From assembly GCA_963740085.1 (NCBI GenBank), contig CAVUCU010000001.1, positions 704,001 through 768,000 of the forward strand: a DNA stretch of 64,000 bases, given 5' to 3'. Position 1 is the stretch's first letter; each line of letters starts with the position of its first letter. The notes under the pieces were generated by a model. That model had not been told where the DNA came from, made no database searches, and saw only the letters and a program-made list of their open reading frames with translations. This document shows, one piece after another, positions 19,883-31,282 of this stretch. The translations under genes and the position numbers were made by a program. The DNA is from Nitrospirota bacterium (GTDB lineage Bacteria; Nitrospirota; UBA9217).

Positions 19883-20595
19883 GACTTACCCCGGAAAAGG
19901 TTCCTCTCGATAAAGCTCAGGAACTCCATGGAGAATGAATCCATCCGCGTGGCAATACCCCTGATCTTCTCCGAAAAATAGTTATAGGCGATCACCGCGG
20001 GGATGGCCACGAACAGCCCCATTGAGGTATTGATGAGCGCCGCTGCGAGTCCAGGGGCAAGCGCGCCGATGTCGCCCGCACCTTTGAGCCCGATCCCGTA
20101 GAATGCCTCCATGATGCCCCAGACCGTGGCCAAAAGTCCCAGGAGCGGTCCCACCGTACCCGTGGTTCCCAGGAACGCGAGATATCGCTCCATATAGACG
20201 ATCTCATCCTGCGTGTTGATCTTGAGCGAGCGCTCGATTTCCTGGGATATAAGGGGACGCTCCTCCGAGGTAACCTGTCCATCCGGAAGGGTTTTGATGA
20301 TGGATTCAGCTTTTCGATAGCCTTCCACGAAGAGCGTGGCAAGCGGACTGTATTTTTTCTCGTCTGCGAGTTTGAAAAGATCTTCGATTTTCTTCATCTT
20401 CCGGAACTCCATCAGGAAGACATGGGACTCCTTCTCCGACCTTCTCAGGAACTGGTACTTGAGCAGGATCATGGCCCAGGAGACCACCGAAAATCCCATC
20501 AAGATGAACACGATCACCTTGCCGAACCATGTCACCTCCCCGAAAAGGCCGATCACTCCCGAGCCTACTCCGGGCACTGCGCTGATTGCAAGCAT
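19879..20595 (-). CDS. tolQ: TolQ (MotA/TolQ/ExbB family)
   Basis: SVVSW, GPLLGLLATVWGIM, APGLAAAL, GLFVAIPA; start at MLAISA after a GGAGG SD. Confidence 0.9.
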   Translation of the reverse strand: MLAISAVPGVGSGVIGLFGEVTWFGKVIVFILMGFSVVSWAMILLKYQFLRRSEKESHVFLMEFRKMKKIEDLFKLADEKKYSPLATLFVEGYRKAESIIKTLPDGQVTSEERPLISQEIERSLKINTQDEIVYMERYLAFLGTTGTVGPLLGLLATVWGIMEAFYGIGLKGAGDIGALAPGLAAALINTSMGLFVAIPAVIAYNYFSEKIRGIATRMDSFSMEFLSFIERNLFRGKS

Positions 20596-20613
20596 TGTTA
20601 CCTCCGATAAAAC

Positions 20614-20708
20614 ATTGGAAATTGGAAATTGAAGATTGGAAATTGGAAATTTTAAATTGAGGAAAAAACCAACTTGCAATCTAAAATTTCCAATTTGCAA
20701 TTTCCAAT
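20614..20708. repeat. Heptamer-based inverted repeat (ATTGGAA / TTCCAAT)
   Basis: ATTGGAA repeated about 5 times, then TTTCCAATTTGCAATTTCCAAT. Confidence 0.8.
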
Positions 20709-20716
20709 CGGCGTCA

Positions 20717-22645
20717 TTAGACGCCGATCACCCTCCCCATATCAGACACCCCGTACCCACCCATACGTATGATCCGCTCCCGAAACTCTTTGTCCCCTCG
20801 GATGATCCCGAGCAAGGCCTGCATCATCGGTGTCTCATAAAAATCCTGCGGTATGGCCAGATCATATCGCTCCTGCGCCACGGGAACGAAATCGAGATCA
20901 AGCGCCTGCGCCGCCGAGAGCACCGCAAGCCCGGTGTCACCCGCTCCCGAAAGTACGGCAGCTGCAACCGCCATGTGGGTGAATTCTTCATGATAATACC
21001 CGTTTACTGTGCCCGGGTCAATCCTCAATTTTTTCAGATACAGGTCGGTCAAAAGCCGCGTGCCCGCACCCGCCTGGCGGTTCACAAAGACCACGTCCTT
21101 GCGTCTCAGATCGTCGAATCCCTTGATGCCTTTGGGGTTGCCCCTGGGAACGATGAACCCCTGGGTCCGGTACACAAGGTTTACGAGCACGATCTTTGTA
21201 TCAGGCAGAAGTTTCTTGATATAGCTTGTATTATACTCACCCGTTTCTTCATCGAGCAGATGCGTACCCGCGAGATGCGCCTCGCCGCGTTTGAGCGCGA
21301 GGAGGCCGCCCATGCTTCCCACGTGCGCCGATGAGAGCGAATACTCAGGGTGTTTTTTCCTGAGATAATTGCCGAGCACGTCAAGGGCATTGTCATGCGA
21401 ACCGATACAAACAAGAGTGTTTTCGATCTCGCGAACGGCGCGCAATAACTCCACGGTCACTGCATGACCGGCTGCGATCCCCTCGCTCTGCGCGGGGACA
21501 TGAATGATGCCGTCGGCGCGTACCAGCGACATGAGCGCTCCTGCACCGCGCGTCACGGGCGTGGCGATCAGGGTGCCTGACACGCTCCCGAGCTTCACGC
21601 GGATGAACTCCTCCTGCCCGAGCGAGGATGCCACCTGCCTGCTGAGCTTGGCCGCGATCGTATCCGAACCCGGCGCTTTCAGTCCCAGCAATGCGAAGAC
21701 CAGGGGCTTGACGAAAAGCGTGAACGTGAGCGCCGCAGATACGGGATACCCCGGGATGCCGATCACGGGCCTGCCTTTGATGATACCGAGGATCACGGGT
21801 TTGCCCGGCTTGATGGAGACGCCATGAACAATGACCTCCCCGAGTTCGGCGATCACATCGACCGTGAAATCTTCCCTGCCCGCGGATGACCCCGCGTTGA
21901 TCACAACCACATCAGAATCAACGATCGCATCAAGAATTGCCTGTCTCAGAAGAGCGGCATTGTCTTTTATGATATGCTTTCGCACTGCATGAGCACCGTA
22001 CTCCGTGGCCGTCGCCGCAAGCATGGTTGAATTGAAATCGATGATGTCGCCCCGCTTCAGTTGGCAGCCCGGTTCCACCAGTTCGGTGCCGGTCGGGATG
22101 ATCGAGACAACCGGCCTCCGTCGGACCATGACCGAGGAATGACCGCTCGCGAGCATCGCAGCCATGTCAACAGGACGGACCACGTGGTTTTCGGAGATGA
22201 TAAGCTCGGTGGCAACAATGTCCTCCCCCACCAAACGCACATGCTGCCACGGCGTTGCCGGCCTCAGGATCTCGATCTCGGATTCGGATATCTTTTCCAC
22301 GTCCTCGATCATGATTACGGCGTCGAAACCATCCGGCACGGGATCGCCGGTGTCGATCGCTACTGCCTGAGAGGGGACCATGAGGCTCTTGGGTCTGGTC
22401 TCCGCAGCGCCGAAGGTGTCGATGAACTTGACGGCATAACCGTCCATAGCTGCGGAATGATAAAAGGGCGAAGATATTTTTGCGATCACCGCTTCCGAGG
22501 TTACCCGGCCGAGCGCATCGCCGATGGGGATAGGTTCACCAGAGAGCGGCCCGCCGATACCAGCAGCCGACAGTGCGTCATTATACTTTTTGACAGCGTC
22601 GGCAAGCGGTTCGTTTGAGAGATATTTTTTTTGTTTGAATGCCAT
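20717..22645 (-). CDS. moeA: Molybdopterin biosynthesis MoeA fused to PBP/LysR substrate-binding domain
   Basis: SAAMDGYAV, PTGTEL, SSAGREDFT, KPGKP, PGYP; C-terminal GSHD, VGSMGGL, FVNRQ.GAGTR. Confidence 0.92.
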   Translation of the reverse strand: MAFKQKKYLSNEPLADAVKKYNDALSAAGIGGPLSGEPIPIGDALGRVTSEAVIAKISSPFYHSAAMDGYAVKFIDTFGAAETRPKSLMVPSQAVAIDTGDPVPDGFDAVIMIEDVEKISESEIEILRPATPWQHVRLVGEDIVATELIISENHVVRPVDMAAMLASGHSSVMVRRRPVVSIIPTGTELVEPGCQLKRGDIIDFNSTMLAATATEYGAHAVRKHIIKDNAALLRQAILDAIVDSDVVVINAGSSAGREDFTVDVIAELGEVIVHGVSIKPGKPVILGIIKGRPVIGIPGYPVSAALTFTLFVKPLVFALLGLKAPGSDTIAAKLSRQVASSLGQEEFIRVKLGSVSGTLIATPVTRGAGALMSLVRADGIIHVPAQSEGIAAGHAVTVELLRAVREIENTLVCIGSHDNALDVLGNYLRKKHPEYSLSSAHVGSMGGLLALKRGEAHLAGTHLLDEETGEYNTSYIKKLLPDTKIVLVNLVYRTQGFIVPRGNPKGIKGFDDLRRKDVVFVNRQAGAGTRLLTDLYLKKLRIDPGTVNGYYHEEFTHMAVAAAVLSGAGDTGLAVLSAAQALDLDFVPVAQERYDLAIPQDFYETPMMQALLGIIRGDKEFRERIIRMGGYGVSDMGRVIGV

Positions 22646-22714
22646 AGTAAGTTTGGAATCGGATTTGTTCCGCCCTTTTCCACTTTCATTATTTTTTTTG
22701 TAAGTTCCCTGCGA

Positions 22715-24001
22715 TCAGAAAAGCCTCACTTCCACTTCCTCACCGGATTCTATCCCTATCTTGTTTACCGGCACCACCACCGTGCCCACAGCTTTGACGA
22801 GCGTGCTGATGAGCCCTGATGCGCCGAACACGGGACGCGCCCAGAGCTGACCATCCTTCTTTTCAAGCGTTACGCGCACATGGTCTTCGCGACCGGGAGC
22901 GGACGGGATGCTTCGGGCAAGTTTTGCCTTCACCATGCGGTAGGGAGGAATATCTGCAAGCGTTGGATCGGGAAGTGCGCCGGTGAACCGCATCAGGACT
23001 GGTTTCACGAACACATCGAAGCAGATTGAGACCGCGGCCTGGTGTCCCGGCAGCCCGAAGACGGGGATGGCAACACCCGTCCTCTTTTCATTCACCACTC
23101 CGAGAATGATCGGTTTCCCCGGCTTGATGGAAACGCCATGGACAAGCACCCCCGGCGGTCCAAAGCCGTTAATGACCCTGGCCGTGAAATCCGCAGTACC
23201 TACCGAGCTTCCCCCGGTGAAGAGAATAATATGACAGCTCGACATTGCCTCTTCAAACGCTGTGCGCAGACGACCATAAATATCAGGCAGGATACCCATC
23301 CTGACCGCCACGCCGCCTGCCGATTCGATCATCCCTTCAAGATTGTAGGAATTACTGTCCCGTATCCTTCCCGGACCAGGCGTCGTGTCCGCGGGAACAA
23401 GCTCATTCCCCGTGGAAATGATCGCGATCCTGGGCTTGACGAAAACAGGAATTTTCGTGATGCCCATGCAGGCAAGCGCTCCCATGTCCTGTGGCCTGAT
23501 CACGTGCCCCCTGCCCAAAACTGTTTCGCCTTTACGCATGTCGTCGCCGACCCGGCTTACGTTCTCATGGGGAGCGACCGCTTTCACGACCTCGATGTTC
23601 GTCTCATCCACGGGCTGGGTCTGCTCGAACATCACCACGGCGTCCGCACCCTGCGGCAGCGCGCCGCCCGTGGCGATCTTCATCGCCTCGCCCTTGATGA
23701 TGCCGCGTTCCGGCATGGTCCCCATGAGGATGTCTCCGACAATGGTGAGCAGAACCGGACGCGATTCAGCGGCGCCGAACGTGTCGGCGCTCCTGACCGC
23801 ATACCCATCCATGGTGGATCGGTCGAATTCGGGGAGGTTTTCAGGCGAGCGAATTTCCCCGGCCAGTACTCTGCCGAGGGAATGACTGATATGAATTACT
23901 TCGGAAGCAGTCGACGGGACCGCAAGATGTTCTTCGAGTGTTTTGAGTGCTGCTTCTCGTGTAACCACACCGGTTCGGCCGAGCATATCTTGAACGGTCA
24001 T
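22715..24001 (-). CDS. moeA: Molybdopterin molybdotransferase MoeA
   Basis: RSTMDGYAV, ISTGNEL, DSNS, GGSSVG, KPGKP. Confidence 0.92.
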   Translation of the reverse strand: MTVQDMLGRTGVVTREAALKTLEEHLAVPSTASEVIHISHSLGRVLAGEIRSPENLPEFDRSTMDGYAVRSADTFGAAESRPVLLTIVGDILMGTMPERGIIKGEAMKIATGGALPQGADAVVMFEQTQPVDETNIEVVKAVAPHENVSRVGDDMRKGETVLGRGHVIRPQDMGALACMGITKIPVFVKPRIAIISTGNELVPADTTPGPGRIRDSNSYNLEGMIESAGGVAVRMGILPDIYGRLRTAFEEAMSSCHIILFTGGSSVGTADFTARVINGFGPPGVLVHGVSIKPGKPIILGVVNEKRTGVAIPVFGLPGHQAAVSICFDVFVKPVLMRFTGALPDPTLADIPPYRMVKAKLARSIPSAPGREDHVRVTLEKKDGQLWARPVFGASGLISTLVKAVGTVVVPVNKIGIESGEEVEVRLF

Positions 24002-24029
24002 GAAGACAACCTCACCTGCGGCAAGCATT

Positions 24030-24114
24030 GCAAAAGACAAACGGCAAAATGAAAAGCATACATTGTCGGAACTGCACATTTTACACTTTGCGCTATGCAC
24101 TTTGCGCTATGCAT
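24030..24114. repeat. Heptamer-based imperfect inverted repeat
   Basis: GCAAAAGACAAACGGCAAAATGAAAA ... TTTTACACTTTGCGCTATGCACTTTGCGCTATGCA. Confidence 0.65.
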
Positions 24115-25052
24115 TATTTTCCTTCCGCTTCCGCCTTCGCCTTGATCTTCCGCACGTACGATGCGGCCCGCATGCCGGCGACCGAACCTTCGCCCGCCGC
24201 TGCCACGATCTGCATCCCGCCGCATGTACAATCGCCGGCGGCGAACACGCCGTCGACGTTCATCCGCTGGTGCCTGTCCACGATCAGGCAACCGCGGTCA
24301 TCAGCATGGCCTCCGGCCTTCAGGATGAGGTTCGAAATGGGTGTAGAGCCCATGGCGATGAAAACCCCATCGAGCGGGATAATCTCCTCGATGCCGTCGT
24401 GGATTACCTTAAGGCCCGTAACCAGTTCGTCGCCGACTATGGAGTGGATCTTCGTGATCGGACGTATTTCTACGTTGGGCTTTGACCTTAGCCGGCTCAT
24501 AACGGTCTCGACGATGTCAAGCGCCTTGTGTGGGATGAGCGTGACCTTGTCCGCGAGGTCGGAGAGGTGGTGCGCCTCTTCCCCTGCCTCGTCTTCGGCG
24601 CCCACCACTGCAACTATTTTGCCTTTGAAGAACATGCCGTCGCAGGTGGCGCAGTACGAGACACCCTTGCCCAGATATTCCTTGGCTCCCGGCACATCCA
24701 GTTTCTTGCGCGCCACACCGATGGCGATGATCACCGCGTGGGCTTCGTACACCTCTTCGCGGGTGCGCACACGCTTGACCGCCCCCTTCAGCTCCATGTC
24801 CACTACTTCCACGGGATAGATGATGGTCGCGCCGAACTTCTCCGCCTGCTTGGCCATGATCTGCGTGAGGTCCATGCCGTTGACGGTCTCATATCCCGGA
24901 TAGTTCTCGATGTGGGCGATCTTGGCGGTATATCCACCGACAAAATCCTTTTCGAGCACGACACACTTCTGGCCTGCCCGTCCGAGATAGAGTGCTGCGG
25001 TGAGACCCGCGGGGCCTGAGCCGATAATGATTACGTCGTAGAACTGCGCCAT
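24114..25052 (-). CDS. trxB: Thioredoxin-disulfide reductase family protein
   Basis: GSGPAG, IENYPG, GVSYCATCDG, FAAGD; the NADPH-binding glycine motif is atypical (VVGAEDEA). Confidence 0.85.
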   Translation of the reverse strand: MAQFYDVIIIGSGPAGLTAALYLGRAGQKCVVLEKDFVGGYTAKIAHIENYPGYETVNGMDLTQIMAKQAEKFGATIIYPVEVVDMELKGAVKRVRTREEVYEAHAVIIAIGVARKKLDVPGAKEYLGKGVSYCATCDGMFFKGKIVAVVGAEDEAGEEAHHLSDLADKVTLIPHKALDIVETVMSRLRSKPNVEIRPITKIHSIVGDELVTGLKVIHDGIEEIIPLDGVFIAMGSTPISNLILKAGGHADDRGCLIVDRHQRMNVDGVFAAGDCTCGGMQIVAAAGEGSVAGMRAASYVRKIKAKAEAEGK

Positions 25053-25193
25053 AGGTAATTCCTCCTTGATGCGAATGAACGCCGGCGGGAAATAGCCTTA
25101 TTCCCGCGAATGCAACCCGTGACTGGATCCTGCGAAAAGGTGCCCACCCCTGACATGCACGGGCATCTCCCGATAAACATCGTGAATACCCCA

Positions 25194-25222
25194 TTTTATC
25201 CGAGCAACAGTGACAAGTCAAC
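25194..25222 (-). promoter_or_regulatory. Sigma70-type promoter for trxB
   Basis: TTGACT-17 nt-TAAAAT on the minus strand (coordinates approximate). Confidence 0.5.
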
Positions 25223-25319
25223 ACCGGAAACAGGCGTGAGCCGCATAACGCTTGCAAGATACCGCGGACATCGGGTAAGATAGAGCGAAGAAAAGAGGAG
25301 GAAAAAAGAGGAGGAAACA

Positions 25320-25493
25320 ATGACGCGGGAAAAGATGATTGAAGCTGTTCAGATGGCGTCGGTAAACAACCGGCTGAGCTGTGAGCGAGCGCACGAACTG
25401 GCAGTAGAACTGAACACCTCGTTACAGGAGATCGGCGTGCTTTGCAATGAGCTGAAGATCAAAATCGCCGACTGCCAGCTCGGGTGTTTTTAG
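25320..25493 (+). CDS. Small Cys-containing protein ending CQLGCF (57 aa)
   Basis: Strong GAGGAGG SD; MTREKMIEAV...LSCERAHELA...IGVLCNELKIKIADCQLGCF*. Confidence 0.85.
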   Translation: MTREKMIEAVQMASVNNRLSCERAHELAVELNTSLQEIGVLCNELKIKIADCQLGCF

Positions 25494-25514
25494 ACGCATT
25501 TCTCCATTTCTATT

Positions 25515-26657
25515 CTAATGGATGCCGTGTTCCTCGTCCAATTTCATACCGGGCATGGTCAGGGCACTGGAAAAACAGGTCACGAGGTTCTTGCCCATTG
25601 CCTTTGAGCGATAGAGCGCAATGTCGGCCTCCTGGATCAATTCGGAATAGCTCTTCAAGATAGCCTGCCCCATGTTCGACAGACCGAGACTTACCGTTAC
25701 CTTTTCAAAGGGGTGGGAAACCTTCACCGAAAAAGGATATTCCTCGATTGTCTTTCGCACCCGCTCGGCGACCGGCAGGGCTTCCTCGACACTGGTCTCC
25801 GCGAGCAGTATCGAAAATTCCTCACCCCCGTAGCGGAAACACGTGTCTGTGCTCCCGGTCCTGCACGCCGCGTTCAACAACGGCCCCATTTGGGCTATTA
25901 GCCTGCTGCCTTCAAGATGTCCATAGCGGTCGTTGATGCGCTTGAAATCATCGATGTCGATCATGATAAAGCAGAACTCCCTGCCGGTGCGCACTTTTCT
26001 GCGGACCTCTTCTTCGAGCTTCTCAATGAGCACGCGGTAATTGAGCAGGCCGGTCAGTTCATCCACCCGCGCCAGCTCGAGCGTCTTTTTAAAAAGTGCC
26101 GCCTTCTCCAGTCCGGCGGAAATCAGGTGAGAGAGAGTCCGCAGAAGGTCGAATTCCTCGACCTTGAATGCGGATAGTTTGCTGTGGCTGAAGCCCATGA
26201 CGCCGACGATACGGTTCTCATTCTTGAGCGGTATACCGATATAGCTCCCGAGTCCCTTCTTTTCGTCCGGCTGATGAAGGAAACTTCCGAACAGCGCGGC
26301 ATCGTCTAAAAAGATCGGCTCACCGCTTGTCGCGATCTCTCCGGGAGCGCCGTTGTCAAAAGAAATGGATTCCATCATTCTGGACTGCGATGAGGGTAAC
26401 TGAAAAAAGATCGGCTCCAAACCGGTCAGGTCCTTCTTTACCATATATACCGAGGCATCCTCAAAGCTGACCGCCTTGCCGATTGATGACATGATCTTTT
26501 GGATGAGTTCGGAGGGTTCCAGTTCTGAGGCGATGATTTTACCGACATCGTAGAACAGGTGGGTATCGGTGAGTTTTTGGTAAAAAAGTGTTTTGTAGTC
26601 GCGGTCGGGTGCGGTACGCTTACTCTTTTTTTCTCTCACAATATTCCTTTTCAGCAT
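25515..26657 (-). CDS. GAF-GGDEF diguanylate cyclase
   Basis: GAF (SYIGIPL..IVGV), DELTGLLN, DIDDFK, RYGGEEF. Confidence 0.92.
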   Translation of the reverse strand: MLKRNIVREKKSKRTAPDRDYKTLFYQKLTDTHLFYDVGKIIASELEPSELIQKIMSSIGKAVSFEDASVYMVKKDLTGLEPIFFQLPSSQSRMMESISFDNGAPGEIATSGEPIFLDDAALFGSFLHQPDEKKGLGSYIGIPLKNENRIVGVMGFSHSKLSAFKVEEFDLLRTLSHLISAGLEKAALFKKTLELARVDELTGLLNYRVLIEKLEEEVRRKVRTGREFCFIMIDIDDFKRINDRYGHLEGSRLIAQMGPLLNAACRTGSTDTCFRYGGEEFSILLAETSVEEALPVAERVRKTIEEYPFSVKVSHPFEKVTVSLGLSNMGQAILKSYSELIQEADIALYRSKAMGKNLVTCFSSALTMPGMKLDEEHGIH

Positions 26658-26910
26658 CGCCAACCTGCATTAGAAAGGGATTGGTATATCGTAATTAAGA
26701 ATATACCACATTATTCGTTTTCTCACCAGAATTATTTTTATTGATGCAATTCTCCCCCTTTTCATGGGGACGACATTCCCAAGTCACTGTTTTTAAATAA
26801 TTTCCTCATATGCAGGAACCGATTTCTTTGTGATATTTATCTTCTTTCAATTTTTATTTATGAAGAACCTTAATTTTGTCCCAATTTCCATGCCGGGCCT
26901 TCCGGCTCGA

Positions 26911-29511
26911 TCACTTCACGCCGACCGTCTGCGCTTCTACCCGGAACACCAGTCCACGGCCGCTCTTGTCGACAATGATCCTGGAACCCTCCTTTATATC
27001 GCCCGAGAGGATTTTCGACGCAAGCGGGTTCAGCACGTCCCGTTGGATAACTCGCTTGAGCGGCCGCGCACCGTAGACCAGGTCGAACCCTTCTTCGGCA
27101 AGGAGTTCCTTCGCGCCGTCGGTAAGCTCGATCTCGATCTTTTTGTCCGCCAGCCGTTTCTGCACCAGCCCGACCTGGATTGTCACGATCTTTTTCAGCA
27201 CCTCCGCGTCAAGGGGGTGGAAAATAACCGTATCGTCTACACGGTTCAGGAACTCGGGCCTGAAGTGTTGACGCATGGCATCCATTACCCTGCGTCGCAT
27301 CTCCTCCTCGTCGTTCTGCAGTTCCTGGATATACTGGCTCCCGATGTTCGAGGTCATGATCACCACGGTATTTTTAAAATCAACAGTCCGGCCGTGACCG
27401 TCCGTAAGCCTTCCATCGTCGAGCAACTGCAACAGTACATTGAAGACCTCGGGATGAGCCTTCTCGATCTCGTCGAACAGGATCACCGAGTAAGGCCTTC
27501 TGCGCACCGCCTCGGTCAATTGACCGCCCTCGTCATATCCCACGTATCCCGGAGGTGCGCCGATGAGACGCGAGACGGTGTGGCGTTCCTGGTACTCGGA
27601 CATATCGATGCGGATCATGGCCTGCTCGTCGTCGAAAAGGAACTCGGCAAGCGCCCGCGCGAGCTCGGTCTTTCCCACGCCCGTGGGGCCCATGAAGATG
27701 AAGCTTCCGATCGGCCTGTTCGGGTCCTGGATACCCGCCCGCGCCCTGCGCACCGCATCGGACACTAACAGGATGGCTTCGTCCTGTCCCACAACCCTCA
27801 CGCGCAGCCGGTCTTCCATATGAAGAAGCTTCTGCATCTCGCCCTCGAGCATCCTGGTCACCGGAACACCGGTCCACTTCGACACGATCTCAGCCACATC
27901 CTCGTCATCCACCTCTTCCTTCAAGATCTTTTGATGCTCTTGAACATCAGCCAGTTTCCCGGATTCTGTTTCGAGCTGTTTCTGGAGTTCCATGAGCTTG
28001 CCGTAGCGCAGTTCTGCCGCGCGGCCAAGATTGCCCTCGCGCTCGGCCTTGTCGGCATCGATCCTGGCCTGCTCGATCTGTTCCTTGATGGTCCGTATCT
28101 TCTGGATGCCGCTTTTTTCCGACTGCCACTGCGCCCGCTGACCGCTCCGTTTCTCCGAAAGCTCGGCGATTTCCTTTTCGATCTTCGCAAGACGCTCGCG
28201 TGATGCCGGGTCCTGCTCTTTCTTCACTGCCTCACGCTCGATCTCAAGCCGCCGGATCCTGCGCTCCACCTCATCGAGCTCCGTGGGCATGCTGTCGATC
28301 TCCATGCGGAGCCGCGACGCGGCTTCATCGATCAGATCAATGGCCTTGTCCGGTAAAAAACGATCCGCTATGTACCTGTGTGAAAGGACCGCAGCATTCA
28401 CGAGCGCCGAATCCTTGATCTTGACCCCGTGGTGAACCTCGTACCGTTCCTTGAGACCCCGAAGGATGGAGATGGTGTCCTCCACCGAGGGTTCACGCAC
28501 CATGACCGGCTGGAACCGCCGTTCAAGCGCCGGGTCCTTTTCGATGTACTTGCGGTATTCATTCAAGGTTGTGGCACCCACGCACCGGAGCTCACCGCGC
28601 GCAAGCGCGGGCTTGAGCATGTTCGACGCGTCCATGGATCCTTCAGCCGCGCCGGCCCCGACCACGGTGTGAAGCTCGTCGATGAACAGGATCACCTCGC
28701 CGCTCGCCTCGGTCACTTCCTTCAGCACGGCCTTTAGACGGTCCTCGAACTCGCCACGGTACTTTGCGCCGGCGATCAGCGCTCCCATATCGAGGGCGAT
28801 CACCCGTTTGTTCTTGAGCCCCTCGGGCACGTCGCCGCTCACCACGCGCTGCGCCAGTCCTTCTGCAATGGCGGTCTTGCCCACGCCGGGCTCGCCGATC
28901 AGCACGGGATTGTTCTTGGTGCGACGCGACAACACCTGCACCACGCGACGTATCTCCTCATCCCTGCCGATCACGGGATCAAGCTTTCCGCGACGTGCCA
29001 TATCGGTAAGATCCCTGCCATATTTGGCAAGGGCCTGATATTTATCTTCGGGGTTCTGGTCCGTTACCCGCTGGGAACCGCGTATATCAACGAGGACCGC
29101 GAATATTTTGTCCTTTGTCACGCCATGGCGGGCAAGGATTTCCCGGGCCGCGCCGTCGCCGTCCGCAGCGGCGATCAGGAGATGCTCGGTGCTGATATAC
29201 TCGTCCTTGAGCCTCTCCGCCTCCGCCTCGGCCCGCTCGAATAGCTTGTTGAGCCGCGGCGAAAGATAGGTCTGCACCAGCCCCTCCACCTTCGGCAGTT
29301 TGTTGAGCGCCTCATCAATATCGACCGTGATTCTGCCGGGGTCCGCGCCCAGCTTCTTCAATATTGGGACTACCACACCTTCCGGCTGATCAATTAAGGC
29401 GAGAAGCAGGTGTTCGCTCTCAATTTGTTGATGATGCATCTTTCCGGCCAGTTCCTGAGCCGCTTGCACCGCTTCCTGTGATTTTAATGTAAATTTGTCA
29501 AGACGCGCCAT
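26911..29511 (-). CDS. clpB: ATP-dependent chaperone ClpB
   Basis: Two AAA+ modules ([16 protein letters not shown]) and coiled-coil M-domain (AAELRYG). Confidence 0.97.
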   Translation of the reverse strand: MARLDKFTLKSQEAVQAAQELAGKMHHQQIESEHLLLALIDQPEGVVVPILKKLGADPGRITVDIDEALNKLPKVEGLVQTYLSPRLNKLFERAEAEAERLKDEYISTEHLLIAAADGDGAAREILARHGVTKDKIFAVLVDIRGSQRVTDQNPEDKYQALAKYGRDLTDMARRGKLDPVIGRDEEIRRVVQVLSRRTKNNPVLIGEPGVGKTAIAEGLAQRVVSGDVPEGLKNKRVIALDMGALIAGAKYRGEFEDRLKAVLKEVTEASGEVILFIDELHTVVGAGAAEGSMDASNMLKPALARGELRCVGATTLNEYRKYIEKDPALERRFQPVMVREPSVEDTISILRGLKERYEVHHGVKIKDSALVNAAVLSHRYIADRFLPDKAIDLIDEAASRLRMEIDSMPTELDEVERRIRRLEIEREAVKKEQDPASRERLAKIEKEIAELSEKRSGQRAQWQSEKSGIQKIRTIKEQIEQARIDADKAEREGNLGRAAELRYGKLMELQKQLETESGKLADVQEHQKILKEEVDDEDVAEIVSKWTGVPVTRMLEGEMQKLLHMEDRLRVRVVGQDEAILLVSDAVRRARAGIQDPNRPIGSFIFMGPTGVGKTELARALAEFLFDDEQAMIRIDMSEYQERHTVSRLIGAPPGYVGYDEGGQLTEAVRRRPYSVILFDEIEKAHPEVFNVLLQLLDDGRLTDGHGRTVDFKNTVVIMTSNIGSQYIQELQNDEEEMRRRVMDAMRQHFRPEFLNRVDDTVIFHPLDAEVLKKIVTIQVGLVQKRLADKKIEIELTDGAKELLAEEGFDLVYGARPLKRVIQRDVLNPLASKILSGDIKEGSRIIVDKSGRGLVFRVEAQTVGVK

Positions 29512-29530
29512 AGTTGCCTCCTTCTGAATC

Positions 29531-29623
29531 AACGATAGACGACGGTCGACCACTCACTTCGTTCGCTTGGACGAGAGACGCAACAACTGTTCGTCCATCG
29601 TGTCTCGTCCATCGTCCCTCGTT
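29531..29623. repeat. Heptamer-based inverted repeat (GACGAGA / TCGTCCA)
   Basis: AACGATAGACGACGG...GGACGAGAGACG ... TCGTCCATCGTGTCTCGTCCATCGTCCCTCGTT. Confidence 0.7.
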
Positions 29624-29999
29624 ACTCTTCTCTCCTAATCCGCATCCTTCTCACCGGAACGATAGCGGTTTTCAGCTCTTCCCTGCGCCGGATCTCGCGT
29701 TCAAGTTCATCGCGCAGCGGGCTGATCGTTGCCTCCATCTCCCGCTGCATCTGCTCCATTTTCTCCCGCATCGACAGGATCACCTCGACCCCGGCGAGGT
29801 TCACCCCAAGTTCGCGCGTGAGCCTCAGGATCATCTCAAGCTTCTCAACGTCCTCCTCGGAATAGAGTCTCGTGTTTCCCCCGCTCCGCTTGGGTTTGAC
29901 GAACCCCTCGCGCTCATAGATCCGGAGCGTCTGAGGATGAATGCCGAGCATTTCCGAGACCACGCTGATCATAAACAGCCTGTGTTCACGTGCAGCCAT
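29622..29999 (-). CDS. hspR: Heat-shock repressor HspR (MerR family)
   Basis: IHPQTLRIYEREG, R.YS, GVNLAG; lies between dnaJ and clpB. Confidence 0.9.
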   Translation of the reverse strand: MAAREHRLFMISVVSEMLGIHPQTLRIYEREGFVKPKRSGGNTRLYSEEDVEKLEMILRLTRELGVNLAGVEVILSMREKMEQMQREMEATISPLRDELEREIRRREELKTAIVPVRRMRIRREE

Positions 30000-30109
30000 A
30001 AATCACCTCCGTCTCGCAGATCGGAGTGGACGATCTTGTAATTGCATCGATGGTGCGCAATGACATGTTCAGCTCCGAACTCCGAACTCTCGTCTCTCGA
30101 ACTTCGTCA

Positions 30110-31255
30110 TTATCGCTTTCTGAATCCTCTGAATGTTATGTCCTTCCGCGGTTCGGACGGATTCATTTTGTCAACCTCACGCAGAAGTTCCTTCCCTCGT
30201 TCTGAAAGCCCGGTCGGCGTGGCCACTTTGATCGTCACATAATGGTCTCCGACGCCCCCTCCGCCAAAGTGAGGCACGCCCTTACCTTTCAACTTGAGCT
30301 GCTGCCCTGTCTGCACTCCCGGCGGCAGAGTGAGCCAGACCATGCCGTCCACGGTCGGGATCTCTATCTTGTCTCCGAAGACCGCCTCTTTCATCGTTAC
30401 CCTCGCCTCGGAGTAAAGATTATCGCCCTTGCGCTCAAAATACCCATGGGGCCTTACCTTCGTCACGATATACACATCGCCGGCAGGCCCGCTTCGTTCG
30501 CCGGGCCCGCCCATGCCCGCAACGCGCACCTTGGAGCCGTTGTCCACACCGGGCGGTATCTTGACATTGATGCGCTCCGATTTTTGGACAACGCCATTTC
30601 CGCCGCAGGTCCGGCAGGGACTTGGATTGATTGTTCCCTCTCCGCCGCAGGTGGGGCAAGGCTGGGCGATCTGCATATATCCCTTACCGTGGGCAATACT
30701 CCCGGAGCCCATACAGGTTGGGCAAGTTTTGCGAGACGTGCCCGGCTGGGAGCCTGAGCCGTTGCACGTTGAACAGGTCACCTCGCGTTGGAGATCAACC
30801 TGCATGGTACGTCCGAAGATCGCATCCTCAAGATCGACTTCAACAGAATAGGTTATATCTTCACCCTTACTCGGCCCCCGGGGCCGTACCCTGTTGCCGA
30901 ATATATTGCCAAAGATGTCCTCAAATCCGCCTCCACCGCCGCCCCTGTAGAAATTCGATCCCTGCGTGAAACCCTCAAACCCCTGACCCTGGCCGGGACC
31001 GGATCCTTGACCAAAACCTGCGTCAAACGCCGCATGCCCGAACTGATCATACTGCTGCCGCTTCTTTGGATCAGAAAGAACTTCGTAGGCCTCATTCATT
31101 TCCTTGAACTTATGTTCTGCTGTCTTATCACTGGGGTTGACATCGGGATGATACTTCCGCGCAAGTTTTCTGAAGGCCTTCTTCAATTCTGCTTCAGACG
31201 CACTCTTCTTAACACCCAATATCTCGTAATAATCTCTTTTTGTAGCCGTTCCCAT
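30110..31255 (-). CDS. dnaJ: Chaperone DnaJ
   Basis: J-domain HPD, G/F-rich region, four CxxCxGxG repeats. Confidence 0.95.
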   Translation of the reverse strand: MGTATKRDYYEILGVKKSASEAELKKAFRKLARKYHPDVNPSDKTAEHKFKEMNEAYEVLSDPKKRQQYDQFGHAAFDAGFGQGSGPGQGQGFEGFTQGSNFYRGGGGGGFEDIFGNIFGNRVRPRGPSKGEDITYSVEVDLEDAIFGRTMQVDLQREVTCSTCNGSGSQPGTSRKTCPTCMGSGSIAHGKGYMQIAQPCPTCGGEGTINPSPCRTCGGNGVVQKSERINVKIPPGVDNGSKVRVAGMGGPGERSGPAGDVYIVTKVRPHGYFERKGDNLYSEARVTMKEAVFGDKIEIPTVDGMVWLTLPPGVQTGQQLKLKGKGVPHFGGGGVGDHYVTIKVATPTGLSERGKELLREVDKMNPSEPRKDITFRGFRKR

Positions 31256-31282
31256 AATCACCTCAATGTTAATAACATCCAC

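Noticed and set aside
20596-20700. N-terminal extension of TolQ in the ORF track (similarly MoeA 24002-24100 and EtfA 36503-36580)
   Set aside because: These translate intergenic repeat elements; better SD-associated starts lie downstream
25060-25180. 6S RNA or riboswitch upstream of trxB
   Set aside because: Only short local hairpins; no recognisable family consensus
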